A DNA stretch of 63,660 bases, counting the filler, from Klebsormidium nitens (taxonomy: Eukaryota; Plantae; Klebsormidiophyceae): NCBI GenBank assembly GCA_000708835.1. It is 5 parts of 5 records of this genome, joined end to end, with 100 filler letters (N's around TTAATTAATTAA, not from the genome) between each part and the next. Parts side by side here need not be neighbours in the genome. Positions count along the whole stretch, not along the records: positions 40,329 to 51,399 come from DF238137.1; positions 51,500 to 63,660 come from DF238120.1; 3 more parts are not named here. One strand, given 5' to 3'. The notes below the pieces were generated by a model. That model worked only from the letters and a program-made list of their open reading frames with translations. It was not told the DNA's origin and made no database searches. This document shows, in pieces, positions 45,741 to 58,000 of this stretch. Each line of letters begins with the position of its first letter. Positions within the stretch are counted from its first letter, which is position 1. A program made the translations under genes and the position numbers.

Positions 45741-48700
45741 ATGAGCACTGGCCAAGATTTGGAGACTGCATTGTCTTCTCTGATCTCGCGGGTTGCTTTT
45801 CTGGAGATTGAAACGGGAGTGAAGAAAAAGGCCCAGTCTTTTTTTGTTGGGTCTATTTGTGTTCATATCGTTGCTGGCTCCGGCAGTCCTGTATCTATTT
45901 ACGTCACGCCTATGCAATTGCGTTCATCCTCTGGAATAGAGGCAACCGTTGGAACGCAGCAAGCTCATGAGGCGATGTCACCGTATGCTGCTGTTACTGC
46001 CTTTCTGACTGAGTGGGCTTCTGCTGATAGTGAAGATGCTCGCATTGCCGTTGAGGATGCACATGTTGCTAGCCCAGACTCAACTGTGGTGGTAGAAATT
46101 CTGAAGAAAAGGTCCGCACGTGATCGTGCAACTATGACAGCTATGGTGGCTCGGGTTGAGGGTAGTGATGCTAACGCCGTTGCTGCGAGAGCACAAGCTG
46201 ATGCTGCCCTGGCAGCACAAGCCTCTGGGTCTGAGAAGTTAAAGCCTGCTCCTCCTCCTAAATTTGAGAACAAGGAGAAGCACATTGAAATCGGGAGATG
46301 GGTTCCCATTGTTGAGGAGCATTATGCAAGCTGATGTTGATTACCTTCGTCTGGCAAGCTTTCATTTGTTTGGCAAGCCCAGTACATTCTAGCAGAGCAA
46401 GCTTGATGCTCGCAAATTTTCTGGAGAGCCTATTGCTGACCCTCGGGCTTTCTTCCGAGATACCATGTGCTCTGGCTATGGTCTGAAGGAAGAGGTTCAG
46501 GGCTACTGGGATGCTTATCACAAGCTTAAGCAGAGTCATGCCATGATATTTCTGAGTACAACTCGGAGTTCGAGCAGGTCATGACCGATCTGTCCAAGGA
46601 GGTCAACTGACGAGCCCGTTAAGATCGAGAAGTACAAATCTGGTCTGCAACCAGCTCTGAGGGAACTAGCAAGTGTGTCGCCAGATGGCACTCGCTGAAC
46701 GTCTTTGTCCTCTCTGATCCCCTACTGTACGCTCCAGTGGCCAACTATCAGGGCCAGGCTGGAGAGGGAGAGGAAGTCGGGCGGCCACAAGGTTGAGAAA
46801 GTGGCGGGGAAGCGCAAGTTCACATCCCCCTCTCGGGGACGTGGAGCATCTGCTGGGCCTCGAGAAGGCAACTCTGGAGCTTCCAGGCACAAGAACCAAC
46901 GGCTGTCTGAGAAAGAGAAGGAGAGACGTAGAGTCAACAAGCTGTGCAACATCTGTGCTAGCCCAGATCACTTTGCTGATACATGCCCTGATCGCACAAA
47001 TCCCTCGGTTCCTAAGAAGCAGTTCAGAAAAAGCAGGAAGGATTTCTTTTAGCTTCAGATAGTCTAGGACAGCTACCTGAAGCAACTGAACTCTCGAACA
47101 GTGCTGTGGACATGTCGTCTGATGACTTTCAAAGCATTATTGCTTTATCTGGCAAGGTCTTTGATCTTGGAGTTCATTCGACAATTGATTCCATAGCAAC
47201 AGAGTGGTGTCCTATTAATGATTTCTGCAAGCAACCTCTAAAGGCAAAGCATGTCTGGATCAATGCCCCCTCTTCTGCAGAGTTGAGGGACCGGGTTATT
47301 GTATTTTCAATCTGAGTATCTTGCAGCCAGCAAGACTACTTCTGCATGCTTGCTTGTTCCTTGCAGGGCATCTATTCCAGCTGTACTTCTGAAAGGTTGG
47401 AGAGAGATTCTGCTACTGCCACGTGGCTCTGTCGTTCGTAAGCAATCTGCTGACGGTGGTTGGCAAAATACTGTAACGAAGGAGGGCCTACGTGTTTTGT
47501 ATATGCCTCCTGTTACTGATGAATCTGCAGCAATTCTGGATGGTGCAATCCATTATGCAATGCAGTCTGCTGCACAGGTTAACTCTAACCTTGGTCTGCG
47601 GATGATGTTTGCAGGTCGAGCTGCTGGCACAAATGCAAGCATCCTATTCGACTCTGGAGCTTCGGATAACTTTGTCTCATCCAAGTTCGCGAAGCAAACT
47701 TGAATTTCTGTTGACCCAACTCCTCGTCAAATTCGGTTAGGCTCTAACGAAGTTGTAACCGCTGAGGGCGAGGCTAATTTGTATCTGAAGTTGGGAACTT
47801 TCCAGTCTCCTGTTCGCTGCTCTGTGATGCCTTTGCTCCACGAGGTAGATGTGATTCTGGGCCAGAAGTTTATGACTGGCCATAAGTGCATTCTGGATTT
47901 TGAGCGCTCTGTTGTACTGATTAAGAAGGGTAGACGGCGGGTTACCGTAGCTAGAGCTCCTCTGCACAGGGAGGTCAGACCTGGGGTTAGTGAAACGCCA
48001 CTAACTGTGCTCAGGGCTACGCAGATGAAGCGCGCGTACATGAAGGGTCTGAGCGTGTTCCTCGCTGTCATCAAACCCATCGAAGTACTGGCTGCCGCTG
48101 TTTCTGGTCAACCTGGTCGACCGCCCCCTCGGGGAACGTTCGCCTGTTTCGACATCTGTACCCCTTTCGGTAAGGAATTTTGGGTTGCTGGCATGGTCTC
48201 GGAGTATTCTGATGTGTTCAAGGATCCTCTGCCGATAGGGCTTCCGCCTGATCGAAAGGAAGGTCATTCCATTCCTACGGAACCCGGACATCCTCCTCCG
48301 TTTAGACCAAAGTATCGGTTGTCTCCTCTAAAATACGAGGAACTTAAGAAGCAAGTCACAGATTTTCTGGAAGCGGGAATTTTGGAATCGTCTACATCTC
48401 CGTATGGCTCTCCTGTTCTCTTCGTACCAAAGCCTAACGGCAGAGGATTACGACTCTCGGTAGATTACAGGGCTCTGAACGCCATTACGGGTAAGAATCG
48501 GTACCCAATTCCACGCATCGATGACTTGCTAGACGCTGTCTCTGGGTCGAATTTCTTCACCGCCTTGATATGACTTCTAGATACTATCAGGTATTAATTT
48601 CTGTGGAAGATCGTCCTAAGACTGCTTTCCGCACTCCTATGGGACATTTTCAATTCAAGGTTCTGATTGAGGGTTTGACTAACGCGCCAGCTACTTTTTA

Positions 48701-50690
48701 CTCTGTTACGAACTCGGTTCTGCATCCTTTTCTGAGGCGTTTTGTCGTTGTCTATCTAGATGACATTCTGAGCTAAGACTCTAAGAACGCTGAGGAACAT
48801 AAACTTCATGTTCGACAGGTCTTAGATATTCCGAGACAAAACCGCTCTTACGTCTGCCAGTCAAAGTCAAACTTTGCGTCTGAAGAGACTAAGTTCTTAG
48901 GACATATCGTGAATTCCAAGGGAATCCGTCCTGATCCTAAGAAAGTCGCTGCTGTTGTTGACTGGCCGAAGCTGCTAAACGTTCATGACGTACGCTCATT
49001 TCTGGATTTAGTTAACTACTTCCGGAAGTTTATTAAAGACTTCGCTTCGCTGGTTGAACCACTGACCAATCTAACTCGGGCTAAAACCCCGTGGGCTTGG
49101 ACTGACTGCTGTCGACAATCTTTTCTTGCACAGAAACACTGTCTGACAAAAGTGCCACTCCTCCGAACGCCCAATGAGAAACTTCCGTATGAGGTAGTCA
49201 CTGACGCGTCTGCTGTTGGTGTGGGTGCGGTGCTGCTGCAAGAAGGTCAACATGTTGCCTTCGAATCCAGAAAATTTAACGACGCAGAAAAGAATTACCA
49301 CACAATTGAAAGCGAAATGCTAGCTGTGGTTCACGCTCTGAAGACGTGGCGATGTTATTTGGAGGGTGCTACGTTCACGGTAGTCACCGACCGTGTCTCC
49401 AATACATTCTTTTAGACCCAGCCGACTCGGTCGAGACTTCAAGCAAGGTGGTCTGAGTTCCTTCAGCGCTTCAGCCCGATTAACTGGGTATTCAGGGCCG
49501 GGAAAAACAACGTCGCGGATCTTCTCAGCAGGTATCCACTCGACAGTCTGGTCGTTATGGCTTCCACTGAGCCCGGGACAAATCTCGGAAGGAAGGCAGA
49601 TACGCTCTGTGATCCCTTTTCAGGGACTCCTGTTATGCTCACGGTAGCTGTGACAAGGAGGGGAACTACGCCTAGCGGGGAACAATCTTGCCGGGCTGCC
49701 CCTGCAACGAGTAACACCTTGGACAAATCTGATCTGACGTTTGACATCCCCGAACTCTCAGGAAATGCAATCCTTCGGGAAAGCCAGTCGCTGCGAGAAT
49801 CTGTACTGCGAGATGTAAACAGTACAGAGAATCGTCTACTGAGTGTCAACTCTCAAGGTTTTGTTATGAGAGGGTCTTGTATAGTGGTTCCGGATAACCC
49901 CGACCTTCGGTCTCTGATTTTGCAGGAGTGTCACCACACCCCTTACTCCGGCACTACGGGACAGCAAACCGTTGCGAGCAGTGGGTAAACTGTTCTGGTG
50001 GCCATCTTTGTCGGCGGATGTTGTCTCGTATATTCTGAATTGTACCACGTGTCAGCGCAATAAGCATCGTCATCACCGACCTTATGGGCTGATGCAACCG
50101 ATGGGGTTGCCTAACGGGCCTTTTGATTCGATCCGTTATGAAGTTATCAGTAAGCTGCCGTTAACTCCTCGGGGTCATGACACCATCTGTGTTTTTGTTG
50201 ACAAGTTCTCGAAGATGGCGATCTTCGTGCCCTGTACAGAAACCATTACAGCTAAGGGTTTCACCAAGCTGTACGTGGATCACGTCCAGGCTGCTCAAGG
50301 ACTGAGTAAGACCTTTGTTTCTGATCGTGATACCCGCTTTACGAGTGCGTTCTGGCAGGAGGTTACCACGCTTCTTGGCACAAGACTGTGTATGTCGTCT
50401 GCCTTTCACGCACAAACTGACGGTCAAACGGAAATTGCCAATCAAACGTTGGAGGCTTATCTGCGTCATTTCATTGCGCCGACAATGACTGACTGGGACG
50501 AATGGCTGTCCAGAGCTCAATTCGCCTATAAAAACTCCTACCACGAAGGCATCCGTGATACACCGTTTCATCTGGTCCTTGGTAGTCATCCTCACACTCT
50601 TTTGGGTGTGTCGACTTCGGATATTAACGCCCTTCTGACGCCTCTGCTTTTGTCGAACGTTTGCAATCTCTGCATGACCGCGCACGCAAG
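45741..50690 (+). mobile_element. Decayed Ty3/gypsy LTR retrotransposon gag-pol (gag, AP, RT, RNase H, integrase), 3'-truncated
   Basis: Gag KPAPPPKF and knuckle CNICASPDHFADTC; protease LFDSGASDNF; RT PYGSPVLFVPKP..DYRALN, KTAFRTP, YLDD; RNase H TDASAVGVGAVLLQ; integrase ECHHTPYSG..CTTC, FVDKFSK, SDRDTRF, QTDGQTE. The order is gypsy-type (IN after RH), with many frameshifts. Confidence 0.95.
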
Positions 50691-51129
50691 ACTAGGGGGA
50701 CGCTAAAATGACCCTTGGTGGATTCTGGTGGAAAACGGAAACGTAACGCGTAACGCTAACGATGATCATAGGGCCTCGGATGCTATCAAAGGGGTTGGGG
50801 GGTGTATGAAGAGTCTGGCAACGGTATTCTAGGCCTAAAGCAATCTGTGCTGGTACATTTAGGTATGGTACGCACTCAGAGGACGGGTGGGGTGCGTTGG
50901 GTGGTTAGGGTGGGTACGGGTGCGGAGCGTGTCATGTTTTGTGTTAGGATTTAGTGCTAGGGGCCCCAAGCTTCTATGGACGGGGCTATTACGGACGGGT
51001 GGGGTTAGTTTGGTGGTTAGGGTGGATACGGGTGCGGAGCGTTTCATTCTTTGTGTTAGGGTTTTAATGTGGGGTGCTCGAGAGGCTTTGCATGTATCTT
51101 GATGCAAGTGGCTAAGTGCAAGCTATAGT

Positions 51130-51390
51130 CAGGCGGACCGCAGAACTTCGCGATGGTCGAAATCGCAGCGCTACCGTCCGATTTCAACATAAGGACTCCA
51201 GTCTGCAAAGTTTAGCCAGGGGGTCGCAAACTTTGGCAGGACCGGTTTCATATTAGGTTTCAAACAAACCCTGCCTAACCATATGCAAACGAAGGATCTA
51301 GAGCGTTCATTTTTTGACGTCAAAATCTGAACGACAGCGCTGCGATTGTTGGTCGTCCCCCAGCTATTTCGTGGTTCTGCGGTCCGCCTG
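51130..51390. mobile_element. MITE, 261 bp, with 17-bp perfect TIRs and a 4-bp TSD (TAGT)
   Basis: caggcggaccgcagaac at 51130 pairs with gttctgcggtccgcctg ending 51390. TAGT occurs at 51126-51129 and 51391-51394, and there is an inverted subterminal aatcgcagcgct. Confidence 0.85.
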
Positions 51391-52043
51391 TAGTGGCCAN
51401 NNNNNNNNNNNNNNNNNNNNNNNNNNNNNNNNNNNNNNNNNNNTTAATTAATTAANNNNNNNNNNNNNNNNNNNNNNNNNNNNNNNNNNNNNNNNNNNNA
51501 CTACATTGACGGGCGACTTGTCAAAAAGCGCACTACGGTTTGCCCGGGGCCCGAGAGACGCGGTGCTGTTCATCGAGCGGTGCCACGTAAAATGTACGGA
51601 ACCGAGTCAGCCAATGAAAAGTGGGGACTTGACAGTCCACGTGGGTCTGACATTTTGGACAGCCTGAATCGCTTTCGTCAGCATACACGCTTCAGCTCCA
51701 ACCATGTCTGGAGCACTGTACTCAGGTGTCACCAGTGTACACTGCAGAGCGGATGTCAGACCACGGTACCCGCTGGCATGTCTTCCATGGAGCGGATGCC
51801 AATTGGCACAGCTAGCTAGCCCTCGCTTCAGTTGCTTCAATTAAGCTCAAGATTGCAGTCAGGAAGCACTTGTCACAGCTAGCTAGCAAGGAGAAGGGAG
51901 GATGTAGACGGGCAACTCTCAAAAATGACTTGTCGGAAGCATGTGATGATGGCCCACGTTTAGATTAAGCTTATTGTATTAAAACTTCTGGTGAGAGCTC
52001 AGAGTTCTTGTGCCGCGGGCCCGACTCTGTAGGCAGTAGCATC

Positions 52044-55000
52044 ATGGACAGGGATCGGGACCGCTTTCGGCCAGTCCATGTCAACAACTGCTCTTTTCAG
52101 CCGGTACAGCCGGCGGTGGCGCCGCAGTGGGTTGCAGCTCCTCTTCTAGCCAGGCTGCCTGTGACTATGCGGCACAACCCTCGGCCACGGCTTGGTGATC
52201 ATCCCATCAATGCAACGCAAGGGCTCCCTCAGGAAAGAACGGCCTTTGGGCAGGCTGAGAACGACGAGAATGTGGCTCCACCGGGGCACGTTCCCGGGGT
52301 GCAGCCAGCTGCTCCCTTTGCTTGGGTAAGCATAGGCGGCAGCACCCGACGCAGCACAGTTAACTGCAGACCTATTCATCCTGTGCCCCAGCTGAAACAC
52401 AGTGCAGTGTTGTAATGGAAGTAGGCTTGTCTCACTTAAGCTTGGCAGCTGATTTACTTCTGATGAGTGCCAGCAGATTGAAGCGACCACAACTGCATAT
52501 CAGACTGTCCAGTGTCCTGCGAAAGTGACATTTTTTTGAGAAACATTGTCTTTCCTCTGCAGCGCCCTGCACCATTTCCGCAAGCCCCCTCGTCTTTCAG
52601 CGTCTTCATCTTCTCACTGGAAAACATGGTAAGCAGAACAGTCATGCAGAGTCAAGGTCTTGACATATCTCTCTTGCGAATCTGCAGTGTGGTTTGTAGC
52701 ATCCATGGCCAGACTTCCATTGTTGCATCTTGTTCATCTGCAAAGAGAGCGATGGCCTGCACCATACAAGCTGGAGAAGATTGGCTGGTGCTCTGTTGGC
52801 TGATTGAGTGGTCAATATATGCCGTCCTCAACACACTTCCAGATAGACTACAATGCTTTCAACCAAGTGGACATAGATTGCAGTGATTATGTGATGAACA
52901 CAGCTCTTTCCAGCGCACTTACGTGTATTGACGTATTGCAATGTCCTTGCAGCCCGTGATCGGCGATGGGACAAGGACAGCTCGCATTAGCGCCGCGATC
53001 AGCCAGCGCGATCGCGCTGGCCTGGAGAAGGTTGCTTCCTACTTCTCCTGTGGGTCTCTGGTGGGTCTCTTGAGTGCGCTCGGTTCAGGCGGACTGATCA
53101 GGCGGACGCAGCAGTTGGCTGCGAATGAAGTTATGGAGCAGAACAGGGCCAGTGCTGCAGCTCTGAGGGGCGAAAGGGATGCAGCCTGGAGAGAAGTCTT
53201 CAAAGTGCAGAGAGACCGGGAAGCGGCAGCAGCAAAGGCTGCGCAGTGGGAAGCGCTCAGCGGGCAGTTGGAAGAGGCAGGGAAGCAGCAAGTCACGGAG
53301 CTTAATCACGAGCTTCGCCGCTGTCGGGCAGACCTGGGGGAGGCGTTAGGCAAGCTGGAGAAGAAGAATCAAGAGGTGGCCACGCTGGCAGGGGAGTTGC
53401 TGCGGAAGGGGAAACTTGCATCGAAGCGGAAGATGGCTGCTCAGGGGCTGAAAGAAAAGGAGACGGAACGATTGCAGCAGGAACAAGACAAGGGTTGGCT
53501 CAAGCGTGAGATGGCTCGCTTGGCAAGGAAGTTCGATGGTTGTGATGGGGGCAGGGCGGCGCAATTGATTGCGTCGCTGGGGGCAAGACAGAGAAGGGGC
53601 AGGGTGTTGAATGCAAAGCGGCGAGCGCAGAACCACCGCAATGCGAAGGTGCGAGACGCCTTGGTTGAGGCCCTCGCCAAGGTGAAGGCTGCTGTTGGGA
53701 CAGGGGACAGCCCGGTGGAGGATGAGAGACGAGCGCTCGAGGCGGTTGGAAAGGCGCTGCAGGTGCGGAGGGGAAAGAAGGTCATCACCGCTCGGCCGGA
53801 GCTGCTTGTGCCGGAGAGGGTGGGAAAGAAGTTGCGGGAAGAGGGAGAGAAGGCGGTGAAAGAGTGGATGCGGAACCCTGCCAGGTGGGTGAAAATGATG
53901 GATGTCGGAGACGTCAGTTTCAGCCGAGCTGACAAGCTGACTGTGGCGTTCCCGCCGGGGTCTAAGCCGCCCAACAAGGACATCATCCACGAGAAGAAGG
54001 TCCTGAACGCGGTGATGCAACAGGTCAACCCAATCTACCCTACTCCGGGGGGGAATGGACACCAGTTCCGGCTTGCGCGCGCGGTCGAGCTTGTGCTCCC
54101 ACTGTGGTTTGACGAGTTGAAGAAGGCACGGCAGCCGATGAGGATCGACTGGGCCACCAAGACGGGGAAGTTGATGGTGAGTCTTGTGAATGCCGCCGCT
54201 CCCCTTTCTAGTTTGTGATGACAGTATTGGTGTAGATACTTGCTGTCGAGCTTTCCGCAGCCTGGTGCTCACAATTCATCGAATGCAGTGGGAAGCCTGA
54301 CCCGGGGTCACTGTTGTCAGGGATTTGTAGGAGCTTATGCTGGAGGGGACTGCATATTATTGTGAGACTCAATCTATTGGTGCACTTTATCCAGACTGCG
54401 GGCGCATCGCCTGACTTCTTGCGTCCGCCTGTCTGGTCAGTCTGAAGTGTACAGCATCCTCGCACGTGATAAGCCCACGAGGGCGCTGCGCACTGGCTGC
54501 AGAGTGGCACCCTCACGGATGAAATCGTGAGAACTTTGGTTGCGTCTTTTTCTTTCAGCGGAATCACCATTGGGATTTCATGTTCACACAGGGCGTCTCA
54601 AATATATTTATGTTTGTCTCATTCTTGCATGCAGATTGCCTGGACAATGGATGCAAGGACCCGGAACCACCGCGACTTTAACACATTGGTGTTTCTGGCC
54701 AAGGAGGACGGCTTGGAGTTCCTGTGGCAGTCGCGCAGATGGGTGTTTACGCACGCGGAAGTCCGGGGCAAGGACAACAAGAAAAACATCGAGGGTGACC
54801 TCAAGCCTGCGTTGCAGGAAGTACAGGTATGTTGCTCTCCGTTCCCACTGTTGCTACGGCTTACCTTAAAGTGGCTTCTTGCTAGCACGTTCCGCATGTT
54901 GCTGGAACCGTAGTTGGAGCAGGAGTAGTAGGAGAAGGGGTGGTCAGGGCAGGAGTGGTCGGGGCAGGAATGGTCGGGGCAGGGGTAGTGGGGGCAGAAG

Positions 55001-58000
55001 TNNNNNNNNNNNNNNNNNNNNNNNNNNNNNNNNNNNNNNNNNNNNNNNNNNNNNNNNNNNNNNNNNNNNNNNNNNNNNNNNNNNNNNNNNNNNNNNNNNN
55101 NNNNNNNNNNNNNNNNNNNNNNNNNNNNNNNNNNNNNNNNNNNNNNNNNNNNNNNNNNNNNNNNNNNNNNNNNNNNNNNNNNNNNNNNNNNNNNNNNNNN
55201 NNNNNNNNNNNNNNNNNNNNNNNNNNNNNNNNNNNNNNNNNNNNNNNNNNNNNNNNNNNNNNNNNNNNNNNNNNNNNNNNNNNNNNNNNNNNNNNNNNNN
55301 NNNNNNNNNNNNNNNNNNNNNNNNNNNNNNNNNNNNNNNNNNNNNNNNNNNNNNNNNNNNNNNNNNNNNNNNNNNNNNNNNNNNNNNNNNNNNNNNNNNN
55401 NNNNNNNNNNNNNNNNNNNNNNNNNNNNNNNNNNNNNNNNNNNNNNNNNNNNNNNNNNNNNNNNNNNNNNNNNNNNNNNNNNNNNNNNNNNNNNNNNNNN
55501 NNNNNNNNNNNNNNNNNNNNNNNNNNNNNNNNNNNNNNNNNNNNNNNNNNNNNNNNNNNNNNNNNNNNNNNNNNNNNNGGAGTGGTCGGGGCAGGAGTGG
55601 TCGACATATCAAGTTGGCTGTGACTAGCTTTTCGGCTGAAATGTTCAAGGAGAATCAGGCTTTGGTTGAATGATCTTGAGCCAGCCAAGATCTGAATTTG
55701 CGTCAGCTGAAGCGCGTACATCTGGCTGGCCAGGTCCTGCTGACTTGCTTTGCCGAAGGGCAGCAGCTCCACGTCAGATGCTTATAAAGCACGAAAAACC
55801 TTCATACGGGCCACTAACACACTGTTTTGCTACTCCAGGAACTGTATGACGGCAAGCCAGTCACGATCAAGCTTCTACACCCCGAGACGCTGCAACTGGT
55901 CGCTGTTGAGGTAACCTTGAAGGTCCTCATTCCTGGCGACATGTCCATGCACTGGTCCCTCTTCCAAGAGGGTGGTGGTCGGGGGGGCAAAGATGCGCGT
56001 CCCTGTGGTCGGTGCAATTGCACCAAGGAGGACCTTGGGAAGGCGTTCCAGAGGTTTGAGGTCAAGGAGGGGGAGACCTTAGAGGACGTCGCGCTCCACC
56101 TTGGATACTCTGCCGACTTTCTGCGAGAGATTAATCCCGCGCTCACCAGCCCTATGGATCTAGTGTACAGGAAATTCCAGAAGGCGGTGCCTGCGCCCCA
56201 GCAGCCGGAGCCCCCTATTCAGCCAGCTTCGAAGAGGAAGAAGAAGCCTGGTCCCCCGCCACCCCCTCAAACGGTCGAGTGGGCTCCTACTCTCTCGTTG
56301 GATAGGGACAGCCTGCCGCAGGACAATCAACCGATTGGAGCAGGGTGAGTGGATCTCCCTTTCAAAAGTTACTCTTGGGAGAGGCTTCACGCCGGCACCA
56401 AGTGACATCCCAAGGGATTGCAAGTGGTCGGGGAAGCCTCCCAAGCTGATGGAATCTGCAGCGGTGCGTTTCTTTGGGGTTCTCTGTGACGTCTTGCAAC
56501 TCTGAAGTCATCAGATTAGTTGGGAAGAGAGGTTCTGGCTGATCGCCGTTCGAGCTGCTATTTTCTTGGTGCGCCGTGATGGGTGTCCTGAAGCCCCGGG
56601 CACTAGATCGTGATTGGAGATCGTGTCCCGAGCTGGAAGCGAGGTGGCACCAGTCTGGTTGGTGATATGTGCCGGTAGCTCTTGACTCAAGAATCTGGTC
56701 GGAGGATCTAGCAGCGACTGACTGCAATATATCCACTTTCGCTTTCTCAGATCATTTAAGAAAGCGGCATAATCTCTTTAGATACTGACAGCGGGTATGA
56801 TCTTCGTAATGGGTAGGGGTTTGCCTTGAGCTGGACAATAGGTAAGCTATTGTGTTCAGGGTACGCTGCGCCGTGCGTGCAGCCCTGGTCAAATGAAGGG
56901 AGTTCAGATCTGCCCCGTCCAGTGTCGGATGAGCAGCTTGTATTCAACCATTCTGATTCGCTCACTTCATTGTTCTCGGTTCAGGTTCATTCGCGTTTTC
57001 ATCAACTGGTCCATGAACCGCGAGTGCCCGCACGCGTACCTGAAGGTCGAGCACGAGGACGCTCCGTTCTGCTCGGAGCACATGACCGCACGAGTGGTCG
57101 AAAACTTCCTCAAGTGGGTGCACATGCGTGCACAAGAGCGGTGAGTGCTCACTATTTCCTTTTTGTGGCATGCTGTCCAGTCGCGGCCGTTGGGCCGTTG
57201 CATACGGAGTCCGTTATTTCCAAGGATTCGTCAGAAGCCGCTTAAGATGATCTCTGAAGCCTGCTCTTGCTTCTTTGGAATACAACGATCGTTAGCGAGA
57301 GAGCTCTGTAACCTGTTTGGGCTTTGCATGTTTCGGCTCCTGAGCTACCTTATTTGTGTCGAGACAATCTGCCGCGGCAGCGCTTCCCATTCGGGAGGGG
57401 TTTGATTAGGCTGCCGCATGCAGCCGCTTCTAAAAAATCATTTTCGCTTGCTGATTATTTCCCTGATATGCAGGGCGCAAGTCGACGAGATCAACGCAAA
57501 GTGGAAGGAGTTGAAGATCAACTACGGCATCAAAAAGAAGCCACAGGGGCAGGGGGAAGGGTACAAGGACCCGAGCTGCAAGGGAAAGGTGGCTCGGGAT
57601 CTTCTGCACAAAGTCGAGGAGTGGGTGCCCCTGTTGCTGAAGCCCGGCGAGGAGCAGATTCTGGAGATCTGGCAGCTGTTCCGGCGGATGGTTGCGACTG
57701 CGCGCGCCTATCACCCCTGCTTCTCGGACATCCAGGAGTTCAAGACGACTGCAGCCCGGCTCTTCATCCTCCACCGACTGCGTCTAACGGACGAGAATTT
57801 TGCTTACTACATCCACACAGTCTGCTGCCATGGTACTTGCGTCGTTCTTATCTCACGTGATATTGACTACTTGTGCTGAGATTCTCTAGTCCTGCGTTAC
57901 AGAATGAAAGTAGGTGGTTTGATTCTTTCCCCTTCACAACTAGACCGGAAAGACCCCAGCTGAATAATACGTGTTAGTTTCTTCCCCTTGCAGGTTATAC

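Noticed and set aside
52398-52404. CACAGTG (RSS heptamer) near the RAG-like gene; also CACAGT within the 42 kb microsatellite
   Set aside because: There is no nonamer at 12 or 23 spacing, the site is intronic, and a 7-mer is expected by chance in 64 kb.
54879-55772. Long ORFs of poly-X with SGRGR/PAPTT/VVGAG repeats
   Set aside because: These are artefacts of a 15-bp minisatellite plus an N gap. The flanking exons join in frame (LQEVQ|ELYDGK) without them, although an exon hidden in the gap cannot be excluded.
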